IMG/VR virus record: IMGVR_UViG_2695420859_000012
Length of the DNA: 64,000 nucleotides
Strand: one strand, 5' to 3'
Source of the DNA: a virus
Lineage: Duplodnaviria > Heunggongvirae > Uroviricota > Caudoviricetes
Shown: piece after piece, positions 27,557 through 36,008 of the stretch
How the letters are laid out: each line of letters begins with the position of its first letter
Position numbering within the stretch: the first letter of the stretch is position 1
The notes under the pieces: generated by a model
Databases searched by the model: none
What the model was told of the DNA's origin: nothing
The model's input: only the letters and a program-made list of their open reading frames with translations
Position numbers and translations under genes: made by a program

Positions 27557-28897
27557 TTAGGTAACGTCTAAGATTCGCTCAATGAAGCGCATTTGTTCGA
27601 GGTTTTGTTTAACGCGAATGCTGATCCCTCCCTGCTGGTTACGCGAACCAGCAAAGTAGAGACGAGCCTCTCCTTTCGCTTCTTCTTCTTCGGTTTTGTT
27701 GATCGTTATTACCAGGTCAGCAATACGTACTTTTTCGATGTTGTCGGCAGCGTGCATCATTGTGGCAACTTCTGACGCGCCACCTTCACGGTTTGTTTGC
27801 GACGCCGTGATACCAGCAACGTTATGCTTGTCATAAAGAGCACGTAAATCGGTGTAGATACTACGAATGTTGGCGCGATCATCACGAAGGTCATAACTGG
27901 CACGCATCAAATCTGCGTAGTCGACAACAACCATGTCAGGCACCATGCCATTGGCTTTCATACTGTTAAGCATACGGTCCAGATCTGCCGGTGACATACT
28001 TCCTGACGGACGCTCAACAACCCACAAACTACCAATCCCCTTCGTGGCTCCCAACTCTGCCAACTTGCGATGAACTTCATCGCGCCGTTCCACCAGCTTG
28101 GACATTTCCGTCTCCGACAATCTTGCATCAAAACGGTCGGACAAAATGGTGGTGTGAACCTCCAGCGAGAGATACAGAACATTGTAGCCAGCAAGCGTAG
28201 CGTTTATGGAAAACTCACCCATTGCGGTCGATTTACCGGATTTAGCAAAACCCATGAAGAGCACCATTTCGCGCTTTGCCCAGCCTTTTTGGTACAGCAA
28301 TCTATCAAGCAGAGGGAGTCCAGTTGTAATGCTGTTTGGCACATACTCCTCTGAAGCCTCATATTCACGCGCTTTCAATCGCTCACTTGCGGAGGTGTAG
28401 TAGTCATAGATTCCGGTCGCTTCGTTCGAGCCTATCTGCTGAACCTTGGCCATGATTGCCATCGCCCCCTGAAAGTCGCCCTTCTCTTTCAGTTCAGCAG
28501 CTTTAATCAGAGCATCATCAAACGCTACACTTTTTGCGAATGTGGATACCTGGTCAACCATGTACGAGGTATCAGACAATTTTTCTGCAAGGATGCGCTT
28601 AAACGCAGCAACAACATCCGGGAAGAGTTCCTCACGGATGGTCTTATCGCGTTTCGCACGCTTAAGCATATCCAGAATCGCAGATGAAGAAGGCGCGCTC
28701 TTGTACATACGGTAATAGCCCGAAACCATATTAACCAATATGGCATTGGCCGCATTGGCAAATTGGCTAGGCACAACCAGATCTCCCGCACGAGTAAGAA
28801 ACTCGTGATCACGACAAAAATATGCCGTCAGTCTGTTCTGGAAATCTTCATCAAACTCTTCGGACAGCCCGCGTCCTGTATGGCAAAGTTCGGTCAT
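27557..28897 (-). CDS. Replicative DNA helicase, DnaB-like
   Basis: Walker A FMGFAKSGKST; ADLVITINK strand. Confidence 0.75.
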   Translation of the reverse strand: MTELCHTGRGLSEEFDEDFQNRLTAYFCRDHEFLTRAGDLVVPSQFANAANAILVNMVSGYYRMYKSAPSSSAILDMLKRAKRDKTIREELFPDVVAAFKRILAEKLSDTSYMVDQVSTFAKSVAFDDALIKAAELKEKGDFQGAMAIMAKVQQIGSNEATGIYDYYTSASERLKAREYEASEEYVPNSITTGLPLLDRLLYQKGWAKREMVLFMGFAKSGKSTAMGEFSINATLAGYNVLYLSLEVHTTILSDRFDARLSETEMSKLVERRDEVHRKLAELGATKGIGSLWVVERPSGSMSPADLDRMLNSMKANGMVPDMVVVDYADLMRASYDLRDDRANIRSIYTDLRALYDKHNVAGITASQTNREGGASEVATMMHAADNIEKVRIADLVITINKTEEEEAKGEARLYFAGSRNQQGGISIRVKQNLEQMRFIERILDVT

Positions 28898-28940
28898 GTG
28901 CTTTCCTTTGTTTTTTAAACAAATTGTTTTCTAGTATTAG

Positions 28941-29681
28941 TTAATTAGATAGGGGATCAATAAACCGCCGTGCTTCTTCCAGTTCTTCTGGAAAGTGGGC
29001 GGAAATAAGGCGCTCTGGAACGATTTCCATTAGCCAGATAGCGGAGAAAATTGCGCGTATGCGCTTGCTGCGGGGGATGGTGCGTAAACGCTCCAGAATC
29101 CACTCAAAATAGCTTTCCTGGATCGGGTTGAACTGCATGTCTCCCATATGCTTAAAGCTAACTAGAGAGTCATCCAGACGGGTTGTTGCGCGTCTGGCTA
29201 ATTTCTCTTCGAATATCTCAACCAGCTCTGGCTGCCATAAATGCTGTGGGCGCGGCAGCTTGTCCCACAGCCGTCGTGCAGCTGCGGAAAGAACGGTGGA
29301 GATAAAGTAGTCGTATGAGCAGCAATAGCGGTCAGCAAACTGGCGTGCTTTCCATAGAGACGTTTTATTGGCAGTCGACAACTCCTGATAAGGCAGGCGT
29401 TTTAACCCGGTGGTGAACGGAGCTGTTTCAAAGTGTTCGCGACCGTGCGTCAGCATGATATTTGAGTACTGACGTTTGTATGCCTCCGTAAAAAGACAGG
29501 TGGCCATGAGAGGATGCATGTCGCGGTAATCAAACCACTTCGTCTCGAAGAGTTCAGCCTCGTCTTTACAGCGCGACAAACCAATGTTTTCAGCGACCCA
29601 CTTGTCCATAACAGCGGTATTCCACTCTGTCATGAAGTCGTACTGGTCGTTGTCGATGGTATCGAAAAAGATTTGGCTCAT
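28941..29681 (-). CDS. Hypothetical protein, first gene of helicase/primase operon
   Basis: Start moved to ATG at 29679-29681 (AGGTGAG RBS; track ORF starts at GTG 29690); no recognisable motifs. Confidence 0.4.
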   Translation of the reverse strand: MSQIFFDTIDNDQYDFMTEWNTAVMDKWVAENIGLSRCKDEAELFETKWFDYRDMHPLMATCLFTEAYKRQYSNIMLTHGREHFETAPFTTGLKRLPYQELSTANKTSLWKARQFADRYCCSYDYFISTVLSAAARRLWDKLPRPQHLWQPELVEIFEEKLARRATTRLDDSLVSFKHMGDMQFNPIQESYFEWILERLRTIPRSKRIRAIFSAIWLMEIVPERLISAHFPEELEEARRFIDPLSN

Positions 29682-29797
29682 GTGGCTCACCTGGTAGGTA
29701 GTTACTTACTTATCACAATGAGCGGATGATAGCGACTGGTGGCAGTTTTTGGAAGTGGAAACGGAAGGGAGTTGTTCTGGTGGTGTCTTTTAAAAGA

Positions 29798-29852
29798 CCT
29801 GCTTCCGTATATATTTAATAAGTTACTTATTATTTATATATACAGAAGCAGG
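29798..29852. repeat. 55-bp palindromic element, copy 1
   Basis: cctgcttccgtatatatttaataagttacttattatttatatatacagaagcagg; identical to 62647-62701. Confidence 0.9.
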
Positions 29853-29963
29853 CATAACTTGTCGTCTTAGACGCCCAGAAGCTCTACACTTTGAGCCTGT
29901 TAAATTGATTAAAAACTTATGTGTAAAATAGAACGCATTAGTCAGTAGCAAAGAGATGCAATA

Positions 29964-30731
29964 ATGGACGATTTATCGGTATACGCGAGATCATTGGATA
30001 AGGCTAAATACTATGTTTACTGTCTCTATGATACAGAAGACAAGATGAAAAGACCGTTTTACATAGGAAAAGGCAAATCGACTCGTTGTCTCGATCACAT
30101 CAAGTATCCCGATGACTCTCCCAAATCCATGCGGATCAAAGAACTTTTGGCTAATAAAAAATTAGGCATAGATATACTTCGTCATGGTATGGATGAAACC
30201 ACAGCCAAACTTGTTGAGGCGACATGCATCGACCTTATGGGGGTCGGAGAGCTTACGAATAAGGTACGAGGAAGTGGTTCCATGATGGGCAGAATATCAC
30301 TGGACGCCTACCATCACTTAGTGCTGCAAGAGGAAACTGAAATTGCTCCTGAGCACGCCGGTCTTGCCTTCCTGCTAAACAGCACCTACAAGTCAGGAAT
30401 GTCCGCTCTGGCATTATATGAGGCTACGCGTGGCGTATGGGCAAAGGTTCCAAGAGACGAGAATCTCAAATATGCCTACGCTACATATGGTGGGCTGATA
30501 ATGGAAGTTTATCAGATTGAATGCTGGGTCAAAGCCGGTTCTCAGCAGTACTTTACAAGGGATATAGCTCTTGGCCCCGACACAAAACGTTATGAATTTG
30601 TTGGCAGAATAGCCGATGAGCATATTAGAAAACTGTATGTAGGCAAATTAATCAAGAAGCCACCAAGCTACGGTAGCCCTTTTGTGAAGGTTGGGGTGGT
30701 TAGGACTGAACATAGTGTTAGCGCGGCATAA
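29964..30731 (+). CDS. GIY-YIG nuclease-domain protein (possible free-standing homing endonuclease or cargo nuclease)
   Basis: N-terminal YYVYCLYD...PFYIGKGKSTR; about 150-aa unknown C-terminal region. Confidence 0.6.
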   Translation: MDDLSVYARSLDKAKYYVYCLYDTEDKMKRPFYIGKGKSTRCLDHIKYPDDSPKSMRIKELLANKKLGIDILRHGMDETTAKLVEATCIDLMGVGELTNKVRGSGSMMGRISLDAYHHLVLQEETEIAPEHAGLAFLLNSTYKSGMSALALYEATRGVWAKVPRDENLKYAYATYGGLIMEVYQIECWVKAGSQQYFTRDIALGPDTKRYEFVGRIADEHIRKLYVGKLIKKPPSYGSPFVKVGVVRTEHSVSAA

Positions 30732-30749
30732 AGCTGACACTGTAGTTAT

Positions 30750-30786
30750 GCATTGGCGCAATGTACGCGCCAATGCATGATTTTTA
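30750..30786. terminator. Bidirectional intrinsic terminator between GIY-YIG gene and parG-like gene
   Basis: gcattggcgc-aatgtac-gcgccaatgc followed by atgattttta. Confidence 0.7.
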
Positions 30787-31143
30787 ACCTTTCTTCATCA
30801 ACTCTCGTTTGATTTCATCGGTACGCATCGTGACATCGGCAGCGGTGATCGCCTCATTCAATTTCACGATGTCCTCGATTTCCTGCGGTGACTTCTCTGC
30901 CAGATGGAAAATGGCTGCTCGAATCACGTCAGAACGAGTGAACTTCTCGAAGCGAGGGATGAACTTCATCATCTCCAGCAGTTCGAAGTATTCGTCCTCC
31001 AGTGACATTGTGCGGCTTTTAATTTTCTCTTTGCCACGAGTCGGGCGTCCCTGTGGTCTGACTGGTTGGCGCAAAGGAGTTGTGTTCTTAGCCGGTGCAT
31101 CAGGCTCTTTGCGCTTTGCTAGGTCACCCATTTTCATGGACAT
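30784..31143 (-). CDS. Small partition-operon partner protein (ParG/ParB-like)
   Basis: Immediately downstream of parA (ATGA overlap); basic N-terminal tail. Confidence 0.5.
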   Translation of the reverse strand: MSMKMGDLAKRKEPDAPAKNTTPLRQPVRPQGRPTRGKEKIKSRTMSLEDEYFELLEMMKFIPRFEKFTRSDVIRAAIFHLAEKSPQEIEDIVKLNEAITAADVTMRTDEIKRELMKKG

Positions 31144-31811
31144 TATTCTTCTTCCTCCAGACTCAACAGATAATCTACAAATTCTTCAAACTCGGCTTCC
31201 GCCTTTTTGTCGCGCTCGCTACCGGTCATTTCAAAGATAGAACGACCAGACTCTTCCGCATCATCATAGACGTTGCGGTTATATAGATTGACTGGCGCAG
31301 ACTCGATGCCAAACGTCTCAACAATCTCTTTAGCCGCCAGAATGCGAGACACTTGTGATGGCAAAGCCGGGCACTGGTTCATGACCGCGCGGACCTTCAC
31401 TTTATCGTTTACATTACGAACATTGTCGATAATAGGATCGATGTCACGCAGAGATTTCAAATCACGACGCTTAGGACGAAGCGGGATAATGATAACGTCG
31501 GCCATCAGCATCGCTTGTCGCTGAATTTCGGAGTCAAAGCCACCAGCATCTACCACTACATACTCAGCTCTACCCTGAAGCGATTTTAGGTGCTTAATGA
31601 TGTCATCCTGAACGTATGCAAAAGGAATCAGCTCAAGGTCTTCGTTCTGTCGACGGTCTTCACACCAGCTCGTTGTCGTGCGCTGAATATCTATATCGGT
31701 GATATAAACCTTCTTCTTCTTTTTGACTTTCAGGCAAACGGCAATTTGCTGGGCAACGGTGGATTTGCCAGGCCCGCCCTTTGTGCCGCCAACCACAAAG
31801 ATCTTGGTCAT
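31143..31811 (-). CDS. parA: ParA/ParF-family partition ATPase
   Basis: Deviant Walker A GGTKGGPGKST; 222 aa. Confidence 0.85.
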   Translation of the reverse strand: MTKIFVVGGTKGGPGKSTVAQQIAVCLKVKKKKKVYITDIDIQRTTTSWCEDRRQNEDLELIPFAYVQDDIIKHLKSLQGRAEYVVVDAGGFDSEIQRQAMLMADVIIIPLRPKRRDLKSLRDIDPIIDNVRNVNDKVKVRAVMNQCPALPSQVSRILAAKEIVETFGIESAPVNLYNRNVYDDAEESGRSIFEMTGSERDKKAEAEFEEFVDYLLSLEEEE

Positions 31812-31959
31812 TGGAGAGTTCCCTTTGCGTATATAATTATCGTCTGAAACAACTTGTTTTCTTATATGTGATATAGCCTAAATGCCTACGGCTGTGGTGT
31901 AAAGGTTAAATGGTAGGTGCTGCCTTAGAATTTTTAGGCGAGAATCAATGGCTGTTAAC

Positions 31960-31990
31960 AAAAAAGGCGACCAAAGTCGCCTTATTTTTA
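31960..31990. terminator. Intrinsic terminator
   Basis: aaggcgac-caaa-gtcgcctt followed by atttttaa. Confidence 0.65.
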
Positions 31991-32740
31991 ATCTTTTAGG
32001 TATAAACCTACTGGAGTTCTTGTTTTGCGGGAGATGATAAGTACGATAAATTTCTGAACGTTAACTTGCACTTTGTTTGGGAGCCAAGAGCTTAACTCTG
32101 CATCAAGCAACAATCCTCTGTTCCACGGCAAAAATCCGGTTTCTTTCCCCATCCCGTACTCGCCTAACACATCCTCGAACGTTTCTGTTTTGGCATTGTA
32201 TATACGCACATCGCCGGTTCGCATGAGAGGCCCTGCCCAGATCTTAGCACCAGGAATGGTTTGTGTATCGTCGCAGACTAAATGCTCATACCAATGAAGA
32301 AGAAAGAGATAGGTACGGTGACACAATCCTCGCTGACGACGCTCTCTGACAGTTTCGACACCGGCTACCTGGTAACATTCGATCTCATTACCGTCTTCAA
32401 CAAAACTATATTCACGCAGAGCTATCCTACCAGCGATCGTATTTTTGTTTTCGTCCAGAAGCCCGGACTGGAGCACCTCTTTGATAATCTCTTCTTCAGG
32501 GGCATCTTCATCCGCTCGATCTAAGATGAATTCGCTCAGGTCGCCTTGGTCGCGCGCACCTACAAGTTCCATAGAGACATACAGGCAAATGTCATCTTCT
32601 GGTTCAATGATTTCAATTTCTGAGATTTTATAGAGGGAGGCTTCATTGATAAGAAAGCCAAAACGAACAACACGAGTCTCCCCTTTATGAGGAAACTCGC
32701 TTAGATCTTTTGAATATGCGCTATCTAGTGTAGGAGCCAT
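31988..32740 (-). CDS. Hypothetical protein
   Basis: 250 aa, overlaps upstream ORF. Confidence 0.4.
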   Translation of the reverse strand: MAPTLDSAYSKDLSEFPHKGETRVVRFGFLINEASLYKISEIEIIEPEDDICLYVSMELVGARDQGDLSEFILDRADEDAPEEEIIKEVLQSGLLDENKNTIAGRIALREYSFVEDGNEIECYQVAGVETVRERRQRGLCHRTYLFLLHWYEHLVCDDTQTIPGAKIWAGPLMRTGDVRIYNAKTETFEDVLGEYGMGKETGFLPWNRGLLLDAELSSWLPNKVQVNVQKFIVLIISRKTRTPVGLYLKD

Positions 32741-33108
32741 TTTGTAGCAGAATCATCAGCCTTAACCGTGCTGACAATGCTACCATGATTGCGTAAGAAG
32801 CGGCGAATAGAATGTTCAATAACCTCCGAAAAAGCCTCGATAAAACGAGACAGCTCAGGGTACTGTTTAGCTGGCTTGACTACAAAACGAACACGACCAT
32901 TCAGGTAAATTGCTTCAGCTAATGGCTTCACGCTTGCACCAGCGCGCTCAACATCGTCTTTGAAGGTAACGATGAAGCGTGAGTCTTCCGGTTCAATAGC
33001 GTCATTATTGAGCTTACGTACTTCAAGCTTGTGCTGATTCAGCACATGAGTCTCGATAATACTCGTGCAATCGCGAATAGTTTGTATAGAACGTTTCTCG
33101 TTCAGCAT
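32725..33108 (-). CDS. Hypothetical protein
   Basis: 127-aa ORF. Confidence 0.4.
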   Translation of the reverse strand: MLNEKRSIQTIRDCTSIIETHVLNQHKLEVRKLNNDAIEPEDSRFIVTFKDDVERAGASVKPLAEAIYLNGRVRFVVKPAKQYPELSRFIEAFSEVIEHSIRRFLRNHGSIVSTVKADDSATKWLLH

Positions 33109-33332
33109 GTGTCCACCTTAGCCGTTAACACAAGTGTCATTGCGGCACCCCTCTCGGGGTTGAAGGCTACGAGGATGCGTAGCCTGTATGTGCCCACTTA
33201 CGTGGATGCCTAATAAATCTACATCAAATTACTAAATGATTCAACATGAGCTTGAGTGAACAGGCGTGTATATGAGTGAAGATGCCATCTTTAGGATAAA
33301 AGGTAAACTGAGACCACTCATCAATCATCGAC

Positions 33333-33560
33333 TCAGTTCAGGTGCCCCCACTCACACAACCTTTCACCTATCGTATTGTGGATAAGCAACTGTCGCTCCG
33401 TTTCCTCAGTCATAAAATCCTCTCTACTCACATAAATAGGATTTGCAGCATCGCAGAATAGCACGCCTGGAGCCTGCGTCTTAATCACGCACCCATTTAT
33501 CAAACAGCTCGCGATGAACACCAGAGGCATCTTTTTGCCGCACTTCATTAACCGTTTCAT
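33333..33560 (-). CDS. Outer-membrane spanin (Rz1-like lipoprotein), overlapping the i-spanin gene
   Basis: Frame overlapping 33481..33732; internal start MKRLMKCGKKMPLVFIASC with lipobox IASC; start choice approximate. Confidence 0.45.
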   Translation of the reverse strand: MKRLMKCGKKMPLVFIASCLINGCVIKTQAPGVLFCDAANPIYVSREDFMTEETERQLLIHNTIGERLCEWGHLN

Positions 33561-33732
33561 TTTTGACATCCACTGTGCTTTGAAGTCGTTTTCTGTCTTC
33601 CTGTTTTGCCTTCTCTTCCATTGCTCGTCGCGCCGCATTTCCGCCCATCGTGTAAGCGCCGACAAGAACGAAAAGAACGGCAGCCAGCGTAATCAAAGCA
33701 ACTTTTAGCTTTGTCATCAGGCTGCCTAGCAT
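33481..33732 (-). CDS. Inner-membrane spanin (Rz-like)
   Basis: 83 aa; N-terminal TM helix then charged segment. Confidence 0.5.
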   Translation of the reverse strand: MLGSLMTKLKVALITLAAVLFVLVGAYTMGGNAARRAMEEKAKQEDRKRLQSTVDVKNETVNEVRQKDASGVHRELFDKWVRD

Positions 33733-33733
33733 A

Positions 33734-34453
33734 TTAGACCATCCCTTTCTGGTGTTTTCTTACCTGCGACCAGGCAATGAATCCTGCCACAACAATAGTG
33801 GCAATACCGAAGATGATGCGTACTGTATCCCCGCTAGAGATATGACCTTGTGCTTTATCCATAGCAGCGGAAACCTGCGGCATAACATCGGCAAGCTGCG
33901 CCAGACCAATACCTGCTGTGACAGTTGCGCCTGCGGTTTCTTTAGTTACAGGAACAGCCTTCACGGTTTTCACCGGCTTAACGACGCCGGCTCGACGCAG
34001 ACCTTCCTCAATAACTTCTGCCGCATACCAGGTGTTCAGCGTTTTTAGTGGACCTCGACCATTCTCGTGGCGAATGATTGCCTCAACCAAAGGTCGAAGG
34101 ATGTCGTAATCATGCAGATCGATGATCATGTCTGCGGTTACACCAACGGCTTTAGACACCTCATTAATGTAGGCGTCAGTGTTGTTTTCATTCGGCGGTG
34201 CCCAACGTTCAATAACTTCACGAATGGTATCGATACTTGAGCCGTCTTTTGCGCGACGTTTGTCGTGGTAGGTAATTAGAGTCACCGCCAGCGCACGAAT
34301 CCCCCAAACAGGGTCTTTAAACGTGCAAAAGCGCGGTTCGTCTGGATTCGCAACCAGACCTTGCCACGGTGATCCTTTATCAAGATTACCGGGGTTATTA
34401 TTACGAATGCCTCTCGGAGTCTTCATCCTTGATCTCCTGTTATTGCAGTCCAT
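33734..34453 (-). CDS. Putative endolysin with C-terminal hydrophobic segment
   Basis: Assigned by position between holin-like and spanin genes; enzymatic family not identified by eye. Confidence 0.45.
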   Translation of the reverse strand: MDCNNRRSRMKTPRGIRNNNPGNLDKGSPWQGLVANPDEPRFCTFKDPVWGIRALAVTLITYHDKRRAKDGSSIDTIREVIERWAPPNENNTDAYINEVSKAVGVTADMIIDLHDYDILRPLVEAIIRHENGRGPLKTLNTWYAAEVIEEGLRRAGVVKPVKTVKAVPVTKETAGATVTAGIGLAQLADVMPQVSAAMDKAQGHISSGDTVRIIFGIATIVVAGFIAWSQVRKHQKGMV

Positions 34454-34763
34454 TTTTTACGCCATACGCGGCTAACCCCAAAAGCAGTGCAGTAATAATG
34501 AACGACGTTATTTTAGAAACAATGCCGCCAAAGAACCCACTGGAGATGGAATCTAACCGGTTAAGGAGTTTGTCCAGATTGGAGTGTTGAATACTATGTT
34601 GCGCCGGGGTCATATCACCAAAGTAGGTTTTCAGCTGATCATTGACCTCCTGGCCAATTTCTTCACGTAGCTCTTTACCTAATTTGCCAACAACCTCCCG
34701 AGCAACGATCGCGGCAATACGCTCAACTTGCTCTGTTGTAACGCTCGCCATCTCGTTCGACAT
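34440..34763 (-). CDS. Holin-like membrane protein
   Basis: Start re-called at M5 behind GGAGG (track 34440..34775); C-terminal TM ITSFIITALLLGLAAYGV. Confidence 0.45.
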   Translation of the reverse strand: MSNEMASVTTEQVERIAAIVAREVVGKLGKELREEIGQEVNDQLKTYFGDMTPAQHSIQHSNLDKLLNRLDSISSGFFGGIVSKITSFIITALLLGLAAYGVKNGLQ

Positions 34764-34844
34764 GTTTTCCTCCATGAAAAGTCAAATCGGGATGGCGGAT
34801 TTATATCACATTTCACCCTTTTATTGTAGGTGTGTACCTACCTA

Positions 34845-35078
34845 TCATTCAGCATTGCAACGGACTGATGAGAAAGCACCTACTCCTACCCATCGCCAGT
34901 TATAGATACTACCCGCTTTGTATAAGGTATAGTCGTTCACTTTTTTAACAGCATATATGGGTATGACTGTCTCCTGTCCACCAATGATAGCCTCACCGTA
35001 ACATATAGGTGTCGGCAATTTCTGGCAGCCAGTAAGAGAGAGAACAACAGCTATTATTAGAAATAATCTTTTCATCAT
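34845..35078 (-). CDS. Small lipoprotein next to tail-fibre genes (candidate superinfection-exclusion lipoprotein)
   Basis: 77 aa; lipobox LTGC. Confidence 0.45.
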   Translation of the reverse strand: MMKRLFLIIAVVLSLTGCQKLPTPICYGEAIIGGQETVIPIYAVKKVNDYTLYKAGSIYNWRWVGVGAFSSVRCNAE

Positions 35079-35085
35079 TTACTCA

Positions 35086-35694
35086 TCAGTTATACAGATT
35101 TCTATTTATTACCGGTACTCTGCCATTTACGCTAAAACTATGGCCGCCATTAAGTTGGTTTACGAATATCGAGCTAACAGTATTTCCATATGCCGCATAT
35201 CCATAAACCATTGTCATGGCTCCGCCCGGTACTGGAACAGCGAACACATTCGCATATGTTGGGATTATCGCTGGTGGGTAATCAAAAACATGCCCTCCAG
35301 AGCTGTTCCACTCCGTATTATTAAGAAAGGTAAATGAAAGTGGGATATTTGCCGTATTATAGATTTCCTCCCCTTGTGCATTGAAAAAACTCATGCCCCA
35401 AGTTTCTTTTTTGGCTATACCTTTCGAAAATACGTATATCGTGGCACTAGAGTCGCTACCCTGACCTCCGAAACTGTAAATCACCTGGTTGTTACGCACT
35501 ATTCTGTTGGCTATTAATGAAACAGCTTTCGAATAGGCAACAAAAATCATCGGTGAACGATCTGGAGATATTTGGGTGTTAAACTCTGTCCCGCCGGACA
35601 AAGAAACAACCTGCTTTCTCTGAAAAACGATAGGAGACAAAGAAGGAGACATCCAGACCTTCCCGTCAGATCGATATATCTTGCTTCCGTACAT
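35086..35694 (-). CDS. Hypothetical tail-fibre-associated protein
   Basis: 202 aa; translationally coupled to upstream ORF (TAATG); Gly/Ser/Asn-rich. Confidence 0.4.
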   Translation of the reverse strand: MYGSKIYRSDGKVWMSPSLSPIVFQRKQVVSLSGGTEFNTQISPDRSPMIFVAYSKAVSLIANRIVRNNQVIYSFGGQGSDSSATIYVFSKGIAKKETWGMSFFNAQGEEIYNTANIPLSFTFLNNTEWNSSGGHVFDYPPAIIPTYANVFAVPVPGGAMTMVYGYAAYGNTVSSIFVNQLNGGHSFSVNGRVPVINRNLYN

Positions 35695-35948
35695 TATTTT
35701 TGAAAAACCAATATGTTTAAATTACCACTAGCTCCAGACCACGAAATGGTATTTCCAGAAACCGTAAGACTTGTGTATTTTCCATTGGTTACGTCCATTA
35801 TGTAATAGTCGATTCCCAATCCCGCCTCAACCTCATATGTTCTACTTCCTGAACCAGAGGGAGTAAAATAATCGAGGTAATAAACAGGGGCCAACGCATC
35901 GACCATCTCCTGTCTTGATGGCGACCAAACCTGTGCACCATAGCTCAT
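35694..35948 (-). CDS. Hypothetical tail-fibre-associated protein
   Basis: 84 aa immediately downstream of tail-fibre gene. Confidence 0.4.
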   Translation of the reverse strand: MSYGAQVWSPSRQEMVDALAPVYYLDYFTPSGSGSRTYEVEAGLGIDYYIMDVTNGKYTSLTVSGNTISWSGASGNLNILVFQK

Positions 35949-36008
35949 AAATATATCCTTATACTTTTAAGCAGGGGCTGGTTTAGTTCCAGCCCCGATT
36001 GAAGTTGT

